Of a stretch of 64,000 nucleotides of DNA, positions 25,223 to 34,013 are shown piece by piece. The notes under the pieces are model-generated. The model made no database searches. It was not told where the DNA came from and saw nothing but the letters and a program-made list of their open reading frames with translations. A program made the translations under genes and the position numbers. Each line of letters begins with the position of its first letter. Within the stretch, counting starts at the first letter, position 1. Source of the DNA: a virus; IMG/VR virus record IMGVR_UViG_3300028027_000060, positions 6,062 through 70,061 of that record; one strand, written 5' to 3'.

Positions 25223-28200
25223 TACCTTACGGGGATTAAGTTGCCATACTGATCAGGGGCGTAATTTACACCATTTATCGTTATGATTGGGTTCCCGTTT
25301 GGAGAAACTTGCTGCTGCGGCTGTTGTACGGGCTGTTGTGCTGGCTGTTGAGGCGTGATGCCGCCTACCACCTTGTTGGCCGTGCCTAGTCCCCTGTTGA
25401 TCGCGCTCATCTGCATGGACATCTTCTGTGCCGCGCTGAGTTTATTCCCCGCAGCGAATGCCTTAGACGCGTTGTTTGCCACGCCTGCCCCAACGAACAT
25501 AGAGGCCACGTTGCCTAAGCCGTTTACCACGTCCCCGACCTGGTCAAGTTTGCCCGTGTGCTGAGATGCGTCGTAGTTCTTGGCGTCGATCTGTCCGACC
25601 TGGTTGACGATGTTACCCACGCCGCCTACAGCCGAGGCTATGGGTGCGGTTACTGGAATGACCTTGAGCGCCGTACCCGCGAGCTTGCCAGCAAAGTTTG
25701 CCCCAGTGTCGAACCTGTCGTTGTTGTACTGGTCCTCGTCCACTATGTCCTGCATGGACTTGATGCCAGCAACACTGCCGACGGCCCCGAGTGCGGTGTC
25801 GGCTATCCCGTAGCCCACGTCGCCAAGTGCGTTCCAGAACCCGCCCTGCTTTGCCTTGAGCTTTGGGTTTTTGCCTGTGTACTTTATCTTGCCGCCAGCG
25901 ATCTCTACGTCGATGCCGCCCTGTGCATGGCTCTTGCCCTTGAACTCCTTGATAACCTCCCACTTGCCGCCTGGCTTGAAGTCGAACGACATGCCGTCCT
26001 TGGCCTTCTTCTGGCCTGGGGGACACTTCACCTCGACCTTGTTTTCGCGGACCATCTTGTCCACGTCCTGCATGGTGACAACCTTTTCGCCAAGCGCCTT
26101 CTTCATTGCCAGCTCTGCCTCGGTAAGGCCGCCCTGCTTCTGTTGCTTCTTGGCATCGGCCAGCTTTGCCTGGGCTGCGGACAACTCCTCGAGAGACAGC
26201 GTGCCCTGGCCCGTGGCCTGCTCGCTGACAAGGTGGTCGTGTATCATCTGCTCCAAGGCGTTTACGGCGGCTATGCGCTGCTGTCCAGCCGTTGGGATCT
26301 CTGGCATCTTTGGAGGTCCTGCCTTCTTGCGCTTCTCTGGCTCCTGCTTCTGGCCCTCCTGCTTGGTCTTGTTGACCTCCTCCTGTAACGCGGCGTACTG
26401 CTTGCCGTCTGCGGTGTTTTTCCACTCAGCCTCGGTGACCTCGTATGCCTGGTCTGGGGTCATGCCCTGTGCTATCAACTCCTTGACACGGCCCTGGCTT
26501 TCCTGCACACCCTTCTCCATCAGGTCCATCATCTCCTGCTCCTTCTGGGCGACGGTTGCCTCTGGGGTACGTGTCTTGCCCTGCTTCTTGCCCTTGGATG
26601 GCTTCTTGCCCCCCTTGGTCTCCTCTGCCGCAAGTTTGTTCTTCCAGTAGTCCACGTCGGAGTCTGCAAATCTCTTAGCGTCATCGTCGGACATACCCTC
26701 CACGTCGTAGCCGTTCTCCGCAAGGAACTCCTTGGCGGTCTTCTTGCCGTCGATGTAGTCAAACGCTGCCCGTGCCTCCTTACGTGCCCTGTCGGCCGCC
26801 TGTTGTTTTGCCGCGTCGTTAGACTTGATGCGCTCAATGTCGGACGTGGTTATGGCTGGGGCGTTGTCGATGTGGTCCTGCTCGGTCACGGCCTGTAGCA
26901 CGCGCTCGCGAGGGTCCTCAGATACTACTTCTTCTTGTGCTTGAAGTACTCCACCTGCTGGAGTCGTTTCTGTGCCTGCGCCTTCGACAGGTTGGGTTGT
27001 GATAGGTTCTTGCCCGACTCCGACTTCACCTGGTACCCCTTGGATGTTTTCTTGATCATTTTTTTTACCGTTTAATATGTCGTAAATACTCTGCTCATTT
27101 GCCGCGATCTGCTCCTTAGCCTTTCCATACTCGTTGGACTCGGCTGGGTTGTCTGCCATTGACTGGCGGTGCGCCCTGTTCTGGTTGGCTATGGACTTGA
27201 TTGCGTTCCTTTGCGTCTGGTCCAACTTGGACCATAACGGGTTGCTTACAACCGATGTCAAAAAGTCGTCAGCCATCTTGGTGGCCTCGACCAGGTCTGC
27301 GGTGTTGTTGTAAGCCTGTTCCGACCCCGCCTGCTGGGCCTGTAGGTCTTCAGCGCTTGGCTTCTTCTTGTCCTCAATCTCTACCTGCCTTGGTGCGAAC
27401 ACGGCCTTTGCTATGCCGCTTATGTTCTCAGACATTGACTTCCATGCACCCTTGGTCTTGTGGTCGTTTACCTGTTTCTGCAAATCGTCTAGGATAGGCT
27501 TGGTGTTGCCAAAGCCCTCAACGCTAACACGCTCCTTGGCCAACATGGTCAAGAAGTCCTTGTTGGTGCCAAGATTCCTTGCATCCTCTGGGGTCATCAT
27601 CATGACCGTGCCGTCGGCATAGGTCAGAGTGAGCATGTCTGGAGACTTGCCCTGTAGGTACTCGGCGCCCGTGCGCTCGTAGTCCGACTGCTGTTGGCGA
27701 TACATCTTGGACAGGATCGGGTCCTGGTCGTGCTTGTCTGCGTTCCTTCTCGCCTCGTCTGCGCGTGCCGTAAAGAATCCGTACACGTTGCGCTGTGCGT
27801 TGTTTAACTTAGCATCGTCAGCAGACTTCTTAATGGTCTCTGCATGCGTTATCTGCTCCTGCATCACCGCCGCTTCATCCTTGTCAACCTGCCCGCTGGC
27901 AAACATTGCAGACACGACAGAACGTGCGTACTTCTCATCTTTATCGAACACAAGTTTCTGTAGGTACTGCCTGCGCTGGTCCTCAAAGCCTCCCACCAAC
28001 GTGGCCTTGTCTTGGAAAGCCTTGGCGTCGTCTACGGCCTGTCCCTGGCGAGACTTTGTCCTGGCACCTCCAACAAATCCTAACAGACCTATTGGGGCCA
28101 CGCCTACAAGGGTCTCCTGGATGCGCTTTGCTGAGTACATCTCGCCAAAGTTTGCGGTAGGCGAAACCTCGTTTATGATGTTCTCCTCGAATATGTTCTG

Positions 28201-30714
28201 CGGTATCTCCTGTAAAAACGTCTCGACCCCTACCTCAATGCCTGCACCCACTGTGCCCCTGGTCACACGCCCTGCTATGTCCGCGCCTAAACCCCTTCCA
28301 TAGCTGGGGATCATTCGGTATGCGCCCTTGGTGAGGGGAAGCCCGTCCAGTGCGTATGTTAAAAACAGTGCCTGTTGCGTGTCGATGCTGCGGTCTATGG
28401 CCTGCTGTGAGCGTCTAACGTCGCCAGTCTTGTCAAAAACCTCCTGCCCGTTCTGGCCAGCTATAGACATGGTGTCCGTTGCCCATCCACTCAACCATCC
28501 AGCCATGAGGGTTATAGCCTCTGGCGCGGCGGCTCCGCCTGTTGCATATGTGGCAAGGGCCGTTGTTAAAAGACCTGGCGTCATGTTACCCGCGAGGCTA
28601 CCCCCGAGGTTCTGCATGTTGTAGTACAGGTCGTCAGTGTTAAAGCCAAGGTCGCTGACCTTTGGCGCGGCCATGCTCCACTCGTTCTGCATAGCCTCCC
28701 CGAACACCTTCGTGTTGTTGCTGCCAAAGAAGCTGCCCACGCTCTTTATGTACGAGCCTACGCCGTTCATGAACGAGCGACGGGCCATGTAAAGGGGAAT
28801 GATTGACTCCTGGCTGGCGAGCTTTAGCTGCCTAAACAGTTCGTTGTTTTTCTCGGTAAACGCCTCGCCGTATGCCTCCGAGTATGCCGTGTTTATCTTC
28901 TCTAGGTCTGCCGCTGGTATTCCGCCGCTCAACTTCTGTAGTTCGGCATCCGTTGACTTGATTATGTTAGCCCTCTGTGTCTCAAACTTGGCGTTGTACC
29001 TGGAGTATATCTTGTTGGTCTCGGCTAGGATGTCCTCCTCTTTCGGCATCTGGTCCTGCATGGCCTTGCCTAGCGCGTCGAACTGGTCGTTGATCTTGCC
29101 GAACTCGCTCTGGTAGGTCATCTCGTCGATCTGGCCGTTCTGCATGGCGTCGTTCAGCTGCTGACCCTGCTGCTTTAGAGCCTCTATCTGTTCGCTGTAT
29201 TGCTGAGATATCTCATCTGCCTGCTTCTTTGCCGCGCCAATTATGATGTCGGCCTCGTCGCTTGCCTGTGACTGGTAGTCGTTGTATATGCCGTCTATCT
29301 GTGAGACAAACTTGGCGTTGATCTCCTCCTGGAACTTGCCGCTCTGGTACTTCTTACGCAGCTCATATTCCTCTGGGTGGTTTTCCTTGAAGTTCTCCTC
29401 GACGTTGTACATGTCCGACTCGGACTTTATAGCCGCCGCCGCCTTTGCGTACAGGGCCTCTGCGGCCAAGCCGTCGGGGTCCATGCCGTAGTGCTGGACA
29501 ATCTCCTTCACCTGCTTGTTGAGCTTGAAGGCGTCAACGGTAGGCTGGCTGATGGTATCATCCGCCTCGGTTAAAAAGTGTGCGTATGTCTTGCTGTTGA
29601 AGTTTTCCTCGACAAGTTTGTCCATTGGCAACGAACCCATTGCAGAGTTTTGCTCGTCGTTGACCGTGCGCAGCTGCTTTAGGATCCTGTTCTTTACCTC
29701 CTCGTGTGTTGCCTTGCGCTTGTTTGGGTTAGGCTCGTAGTACTCGCCTGGCCACGGGATGTCTGTGCCCACGTACTTCTGCCAAAGCTCTTTGCTTGCC
29801 GCTACCTTGTCGTAGTTAACCGTGATGTCGTCAATAGAGACGTCTCCGTTGGGAGCCACGCTGAGCATCACGTTGTCTGTCAGGCTCTTGGCGTCTAAAT
29901 AGTCCTTTGAAGTGTCCTCGTAGCGAATAAGCCTTGACTTTACCTCGTCGTACTTGTCTGGGGCAAACATCTCCTCCTGCGGCTTCTGCACCATCTCGGC
30001 CAGTGAGAACTCACCAATGCCACGCTGCGGTCCTGTGGGCTTCTCTGCAACCTTGATCTTTGGTGCGCCACCCTTTGGCCTGTTTACCTGTCGGCCAGAC
30101 AGTATGCCCTCGATCTCCTTTACGTTGTTGTCGAACCAGTCCTGGTTGCCCCTGTCCTCAGCGTAAAGGTTTTCCTCGTCGCTAAAGTAACTTAACGGGG
30201 AGTCACGCTGTGCGATAATATTGTTCTTGGTGTTGCCAACGGCAGCACGCATTCCCGATGACCACTTACGGACATTGTCGCCGCCGAGGGTATCGAGTTC
30301 GTCAAGTATCTGGTTGAGGTATGCCTGCTTGTCGGAGAAGTGCTTGGTGGTGTATCCCACGTCCCATCCGTCGTCAAGGGCCTGTTTTGCCTCGGTCTTT
30401 ATGCTCTTGTGTACATCCTTTGCCTTGGCAAGCAGGGTCATCTGCTTTTCTATAGACGCCTGGTCAACCGCGCCACTCTCTGTAGAAGGCTGCGCAGGCT
30501 CTCCTGAACCTGGTGTAGTACCCCCTTTTTTTTTTACACCTAAAAGACCTTCAAATTCATTATAATCGGTAAAACCGAGATCCTTGTTTGACTCGTCAAA
30601 AAACAACTTGCGGTTGGCGTCATTTTCCATGAGGCCCTTAAACTCATTATAGTCGGCAAATCCCTGTGACTTGCCGTAGTTGTCGTATAAGAACTTTAAC
30701 TGATTCTCGTTCAT
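25222..30714 (-). CDS. large internal virion/ejection protein
   Basis: 1830 aa; GFxDYNEF twice at the N-terminus; glycine-zipper segments; SHAQGG, KAKDG and KAKQGG motifs. Confidence 0.75.
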   Translation of the reverse strand: MNENQLKFLYDNYGKSQGFADYNEFKGLMENDANRKLFFDESNKDLGFTDYNEFEGLLGVKKKGGTTPGSGEPAQPSTESGAVDQASIEKQMTLLAKAKDVHKSIKTEAKQALDDGWDVGYTTKHFSDKQAYLNQILDELDTLGGDNVRKWSSGMRAAVGNTKNNIIAQRDSPLSYFSDEENLYAEDRGNQDWFDNNVKEIEGILSGRQVNRPKGGAPKIKVAEKPTGPQRGIGEFSLAEMVQKPQEEMFAPDKYDEVKSRLIRYEDTSKDYLDAKSLTDNVMLSVAPNGDVSIDDITVNYDKVAASKELWQKYVGTDIPWPGEYYEPNPNKRKATHEEVKNRILKQLRTVNDEQNSAMGSLPMDKLVEENFNSKTYAHFLTEADDTISQPTVDAFKLNKQVKEIVQHYGMDPDGLAAEALYAKAAAAIKSESDMYNVEENFKENHPEEYELRKKYQSGKFQEEINAKFVSQIDGIYNDYQSQASDEADIIIGAAKKQADEISQQYSEQIEALKQQGQQLNDAMQNGQIDEMTYQSEFGKINDQFDALGKAMQDQMPKEEDILAETNKIYSRYNAKFETQRANIIKSTDAELQKLSGGIPAADLEKINTAYSEAYGEAFTEKNNELFRQLKLASQESIIPLYMARRSFMNGVGSYIKSVGSFFGSNNTKVFGEAMQNEWSMAAPKVSDLGFNTDDLYYNMQNLGGSLAGNMTPGLLTTALATYATGGAAAPEAITLMAGWLSGWATDTMSIAGQNGQEVFDKTGDVRRSQQAIDRSIDTQQALFLTYALDGLPLTKGAYRMIPSYGRGLGADIAGRVTRGTVGAGIEVGVETFLQEIPQNIFEENIINEVSPTANFGEMYSAKRIQETLVGVAPIGLLGFVGGARTKSRQGQAVDDAKAFQDKATLVGGFEDQRRQYLQKLVFDKDEKYARSVVSAMFASGQVDKDEAAVMQEQITHAETIKKSADDAKLNNAQRNVYGFFTARADEARRNADKHDQDPILSKMYRQQQSDYERTGAEYLQGKSPDMLTLTYADGTVMMMTPEDARNLGTNKDFLTMLAKERVSVEGFGNTKPILDDLQKQVNDHKTKGAWKSMSENISGIAKAVFAPRQVEIEDKKKPSAEDLQAQQAGSEQAYNNTADLVEATKMADDFLTSVVSNPLWSKLDQTQRNAIKSIANQNRAHRQSMADNPAESNEYGKAKEQIAANEQSIYDILNGKKNDQENIQGVPGEVGVGQEPITTQPVEGAGTETTPAGGVLQAQEEVVSEDPRERVLQAVTEQDHIDNAPAITTSDIERIKSNDAAKQQAADRARKEARAAFDYIDGKKTAKEFLAENGYDVEGMSDDDAKRFADSDVDYWKNKLAAEETKGGKKPSKGKKQGKTRTPEATVAQKEQEMMDLMEKGVQESQGRVKELIAQGMTPDQAYEVTEAEWKNTADGKQYAALQEEVNKTKQEGQKQEPEKRKKAGPPKMPEIPTAGQQRIAAVNALEQMIHDHLVSEQATGQGTLSLEELSAAQAKLADAKKQQKQGGLTEAELAMKKALGEKVVTMQDVDKMVRENKVEVKCPPGQKKAKDGMSFDFKPGGKWEVIKEFKGKSHAQGGIDVEIAGGKIKYTGKNPKLKAKQGGFWNALGDVGYGIADTALGAVGSVAGIKSMQDIVDEDQYNNDRFDTGANFAGKLAGTALKVIPVTAPIASAVGGVGNIVNQVGQIDAKNYDASQHTGKLDQVGDVVNGLGNVASMFVGAGVANNASKAFAAGNKLSAAQKMSMQMSAINRGLGTANKVVGGITPQQPAQQPVQQPQQQVSPNGNPIITINGVNYAPDQYGNLIPVR
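26925..27059 (-). CDS. overprinted (+1 frame) 44-aa basic protein MIKKTSKGYQVKSESGKNL...KRLQQVEYFKHKKK
   Basis: A7 run before ATG; matches the small phage protein pattern GY.V.S..GKNL...A.KRL.QVEYFKH recalled from stand-alone genes. Confidence 0.7.
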   Translation of the reverse strand: MIKKTSKGYQVKSESGKNLSQPNLSKAQAQKRLQQVEYFKHKKK

Positions 30715-30732
30715 GCAATTATTTTTTTATCG

Positions 30733-32649
30733 TCAAAAGGAGTAGTCGTTCCACATGTCGGTCCTTACAAGCCAGTTCTTTGATAAATTATCTGGATCTA
30801 AATCTGGGCTTGCTGACTTTGTTGTCTTGTAAACCTCCTTTTTAGCGGCGTCAATCTTTTTAGCAAAGTTAGGATCTTTTAATTGATTTTGATCAAATTT
30901 TGCCCATGCATCCTTTAACTCTTTGCCTACGCCAGGTCTTGTATTTTCATCAGCATTTATCTGATTTATGTCTATGAGACCAGCAGCAAGCAAGATCAAG
31001 TCCCTTGTATTCCTGCCCGTATTAAAGCGGTAGTCAACAAGCCTAACCTTGGTCTGATCTGGTAACGAATCAAAGTCTGGTACCTGAGACCTTACTGGCT
31101 TGATGTACTCGTCTTCCATGCGCTGAGCATTCTTGCCTGTATAATTTTCATTAGCGTATTTACCAGTGGTTCCAAAACCACTTCCGCCAGGGGCACCATA
31201 CTTCTGCTCGTGTTCCAATATCTTCAACGTCCAATCATCACTCCAGCCTTTATTAGTAGAACCCTTTTGTGAAGACGAGGCGGGCGCTTGTGCTGATGTG
31301 CCTCCTGTGTTAGTGCTAACTGAACCTGCTGTTGTGGTTGGAGCTGCTGTTGTGGTTGAACCTGCTGTTGTGGCTGGAGTCTGAGCAGTGCTAACTACTT
31401 TTTTTTTTTCGCCAGTGCTAACACCTGCGTTTGCCCTCATTCGTTCAGCCATTGTACCGCCTCCACTGGATGTTTTTGCTCCAGCGCTTGATCCAGCATT
31501 TGCTCCAGCATTTGCCGTGTTCTTGTTCTTGAACTCCATGAACATGTCTGGGTATCCCTCGACGTCAAACTGGTCCTTGTTGTTGCCGTAGTTTACGGTA
31601 AGCTCAACCTCAACTCCATCCTCCTTCTTTCCAGTACCCACCACCTCTACGTGGCCGTCTGGGCGTATCTTAAACCCGCCAGATGGTACGAAGTTAGATA
31701 TGCGGTTGCCTTCGTCATCGTTAACATACACGGGCTTGGTGTTCTGTAGAAGTATCTTGTTGATGCCTAGGTTTTGATCGTACTTAGCCTCGGGATCCTT
31801 AGTGGCCACCTTTATTGTGGGCGGCTTTGTCTTGGTCCCGCTTCCAGTACTAGACTTGCGCGTGCCAGTTGAGCCTGTCTGTAAGTCCTCCTCGGCTGGC
31901 CATCGGCTCTGTCCCATCTTAGCTACACGCTCCGCAAACGCGGCCTCGTCCTCTCCTGGCAACTTTAACGCCTCGTACTTCTCTTTTGTTTCTGGATCGT
32001 TCATTATAAGATCCAGCACAACTGACTTGTGTTCCTCTGGGTTCCTAGACTTTACCTTCTTCTTTCCCGTGTCTGTTACGCCTGGCTTTGGTATGGTCTC
32101 GTCAACAAACTTAATCATTGAGTAGTTTATCTTGACGGGGCTTTCCTCGTTACGCATCTTTGCACGCTCCTCGGGGGTCAGCTTTGGGTCTGAATACCTT
32201 TTCATCCACTCCGTAGTATGGTCCTTGTTGTACTTGGCCTCCTTGTCTCCGTTCATCAGCTTGTAGATGTCGTTGGAGTAAGCCTCGTTATCCTTTGCAA
32301 GCGATGCAGCTCTAGCCACCTTGTTCTCAAGCTCCCTCATCTTACGGGTAACCTGCGGGTCCATGTCGTTAGGATCGATGCCCTTTGAGCGTAAATCTAT
32401 AACATAGTCGTTGTAATCGTTCAGCGCCTTGTTTACGTGCTCGTAGTCGGCCTGCCACACGTCGGGCATCTCCGCCATATACGTGTTCCATGTGGCGTTC
32501 TGTTTCTTCTTCTCCTCCTCCTGCTTCTTTTGCTCGGCGATGATATCCTTCTGCATCGTGTACATCTGGTTGTAGAACGCAGACGTGTCGATCACCGTGG
32601 CCTCGCCAGGTGCGCCGCTCGCTACTCTTGCTTCGCTTGGTACTGCCAT
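30733..32649 (-). CDS. ejection protein with C-terminal lysozyme-like domain
   Basis: ILEHE and FDSLP...VRLVDYRFNTG after an S/T/A-rich linker. Confidence 0.6.
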   Translation of the reverse strand: MAVPSEARVASGAPGEATVIDTSAFYNQMYTMQKDIIAEQKKQEEEKKKQNATWNTYMAEMPDVWQADYEHVNKALNDYNDYVIDLRSKGIDPNDMDPQVTRKMRELENKVARAASLAKDNEAYSNDIYKLMNGDKEAKYNKDHTTEWMKRYSDPKLTPEERAKMRNEESPVKINYSMIKFVDETIPKPGVTDTGKKKVKSRNPEEHKSVVLDLIMNDPETKEKYEALKLPGEDEAAFAERVAKMGQSRWPAEEDLQTGSTGTRKSSTGSGTKTKPPTIKVATKDPEAKYDQNLGINKILLQNTKPVYVNDDEGNRISNFVPSGGFKIRPDGHVEVVGTGKKEDGVEVELTVNYGNNKDQFDVEGYPDMFMEFKNKNTANAGANAGSSAGAKTSSGGGTMAERMRANAGVSTGEKKKVVSTAQTPATTAGSTTTAAPTTTAGSVSTNTGGTSAQAPASSSQKGSTNKGWSDDWTLKILEHEQKYGAPGGSGFGTTGKYANENYTGKNAQRMEDEYIKPVRSQVPDFDSLPDQTKVRLVDYRFNTGRNTRDLILLAAGLIDINQINADENTRPGVGKELKDAWAKFDQNQLKDPNFAKKIDAAKKEVYKTTKSASPDLDPDNLSKNWLVRTDMWNDYSF

Positions 32650-34002
32650 TTAATTAAAATTTGAAAAATTTACCGAGTTTAATGCGTTCATCATATCGAA
32701 TAGCGAAGATGGCGTCTGTCCCCACATTCCTGATTGATATGGATTGCCACCTTGTGGAACCTGTTGTCCCGACTGAAGCGATTGTCCCCCCATAATATTA
32801 CCATAGTTAGACGTGCCCTGGTTGCCCATTGACAATGGTAGCTGTTTAAATTGCCCCATCTGTGCGGCCATTTGATCTTGAAACATCTGAGCTATAGCCG
32901 CATCAGAGGAACCGTTTGGTGGTACTGCAACACCGCCTGGTAGGCTTCCCGTTATGGACCCCTGTTGGGACGGCATACCAGAGGGCATGTTGACCTGCAT
33001 GTTTGGTGGAACGGTGTAAGACGGTGAAGGCTGTGATCCAAATCCATTATACGGGTTATTTCCCGTCATGGGGACCTGTGGCCCACCTGGTAGATTTCCT
33101 GTTACAGATCCAGGCGTGTAAAAAGATGTCGTTGGTTGGTTTACCGATATACTTGGCGGAACCATGTACGGCTGAGTTCCCGTGGCCCACACGCCTGCGC
33201 CTGGGGCGTTGGATGTAGGAACCTGGTTTCCGCCTGGTAGTTGCCCAGTAGTATTGCCGTAGTTTGATGGACTGGCGTTGGTGGTTGACAATGGTAGCTG
33301 TCTAAACTGGCCCATTTGAGCGGCTGTTTGATTTTGAAAACCTTGGTTTATAATCGCGTCGGCGGCCTCTTGGTTTCTGCTGTTTTGACCTATGCTGTTT
33401 ACAAATTTCTGTCCCGCTGGTGAACCTAAGAATTGAACCATTGACTGACTAAGACCTTGCAAAGCACCTGCTTTGTTTTGTATGCCAGCACCAGTTAAAC
33501 CTGCCGCTGCTGCTGCGTCGGCTTGAAATTTAGCTTGTTTGTCCCATTCCCACTTGTTCATCTCCTGCTGGCCCATGGTGCCATAGGCACTAGCCAAGGT
33601 GGCCTGTCTCTGGTTCCAGTCCGTAAGGGCCGTGTTACCAATAGACATGCTCTGGTCCATCTTCTTCTTTTCGAGTTCGGTCAAGCCGCCGAGTATCCCC
33701 GCGGCGCTGCCGCCCCTGCCTATCATATTACCGACGCCTTCTGCAACGTCGGTGTCGAGTCTGTTCTCTAAGTTCTTCTGGCCACTGAAGTATCGCGACT
33801 GGGCGTTGTTCTGCGCCATGCTGAGCTGCTTCTGGTAGCCCTGTGCAATGGGCATGTCTGGACGCACAAGGTTTTGCTTCAAAGCGTTCGCCTCCTTGGT
33901 CTGCTTTGCACCAAGCAACCCCTGGGATATGCCAGGACCCATCTGCACAAGCATGGATATCATCTGTGGAGTTAAACTACTTGTACCTGTTTCTGCTGCC
34001 AT
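32650..34002 (-). CDS. pilot/ejection protein with Q/G/P-rich repeats
   Basis: Follows the stabilization gene; AQMGQF.QLPLS...SNYGN twice; ATG at 34002. Confidence 0.65.
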   Translation of the reverse strand: MAAETGTSSLTPQMISMLVQMGPGISQGLLGAKQTKEANALKQNLVRPDMPIAQGYQKQLSMAQNNAQSRYFSGQKNLENRLDTDVAEGVGNMIGRGGSAAGILGGLTELEKKKMDQSMSIGNTALTDWNQRQATLASAYGTMGQQEMNKWEWDKQAKFQADAAAAAGLTGAGIQNKAGALQGLSQSMVQFLGSPAGQKFVNSIGQNSRNQEAADAIINQGFQNQTAAQMGQFRQLPLSTTNASPSNYGNTTGQLPGGNQVPTSNAPGAGVWATGTQPYMVPPSISVNQPTTSFYTPGSVTGNLPGGPQVPMTGNNPYNGFGSQPSPSYTVPPNMQVNMPSGMPSQQGSITGSLPGGVAVPPNGSSDAAIAQMFQDQMAAQMGQFKQLPLSMGNQGTSNYGNIMGGQSLQSGQQVPQGGNPYQSGMWGQTPSSLFDMMNALNSVNFSNFN

Positions 34003-34013
34003 AGCTTGCAAAT

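Noticed and set aside
25613-26425. 270-aa same-strand alternative-frame ORF (and 26529-26837) inside the 1830-aa gene
   Set aside because: R/G/Q- or S/T/R-rich translations expected as shadows of GC3-biased codons; no A-rich start and not protein-like, unlike the accepted nested ORFs
16651-30714. Virion RNA polymerase among the giant proteins
   Set aside because: No DxDxD catalytic motif in a polymerase-like context was found
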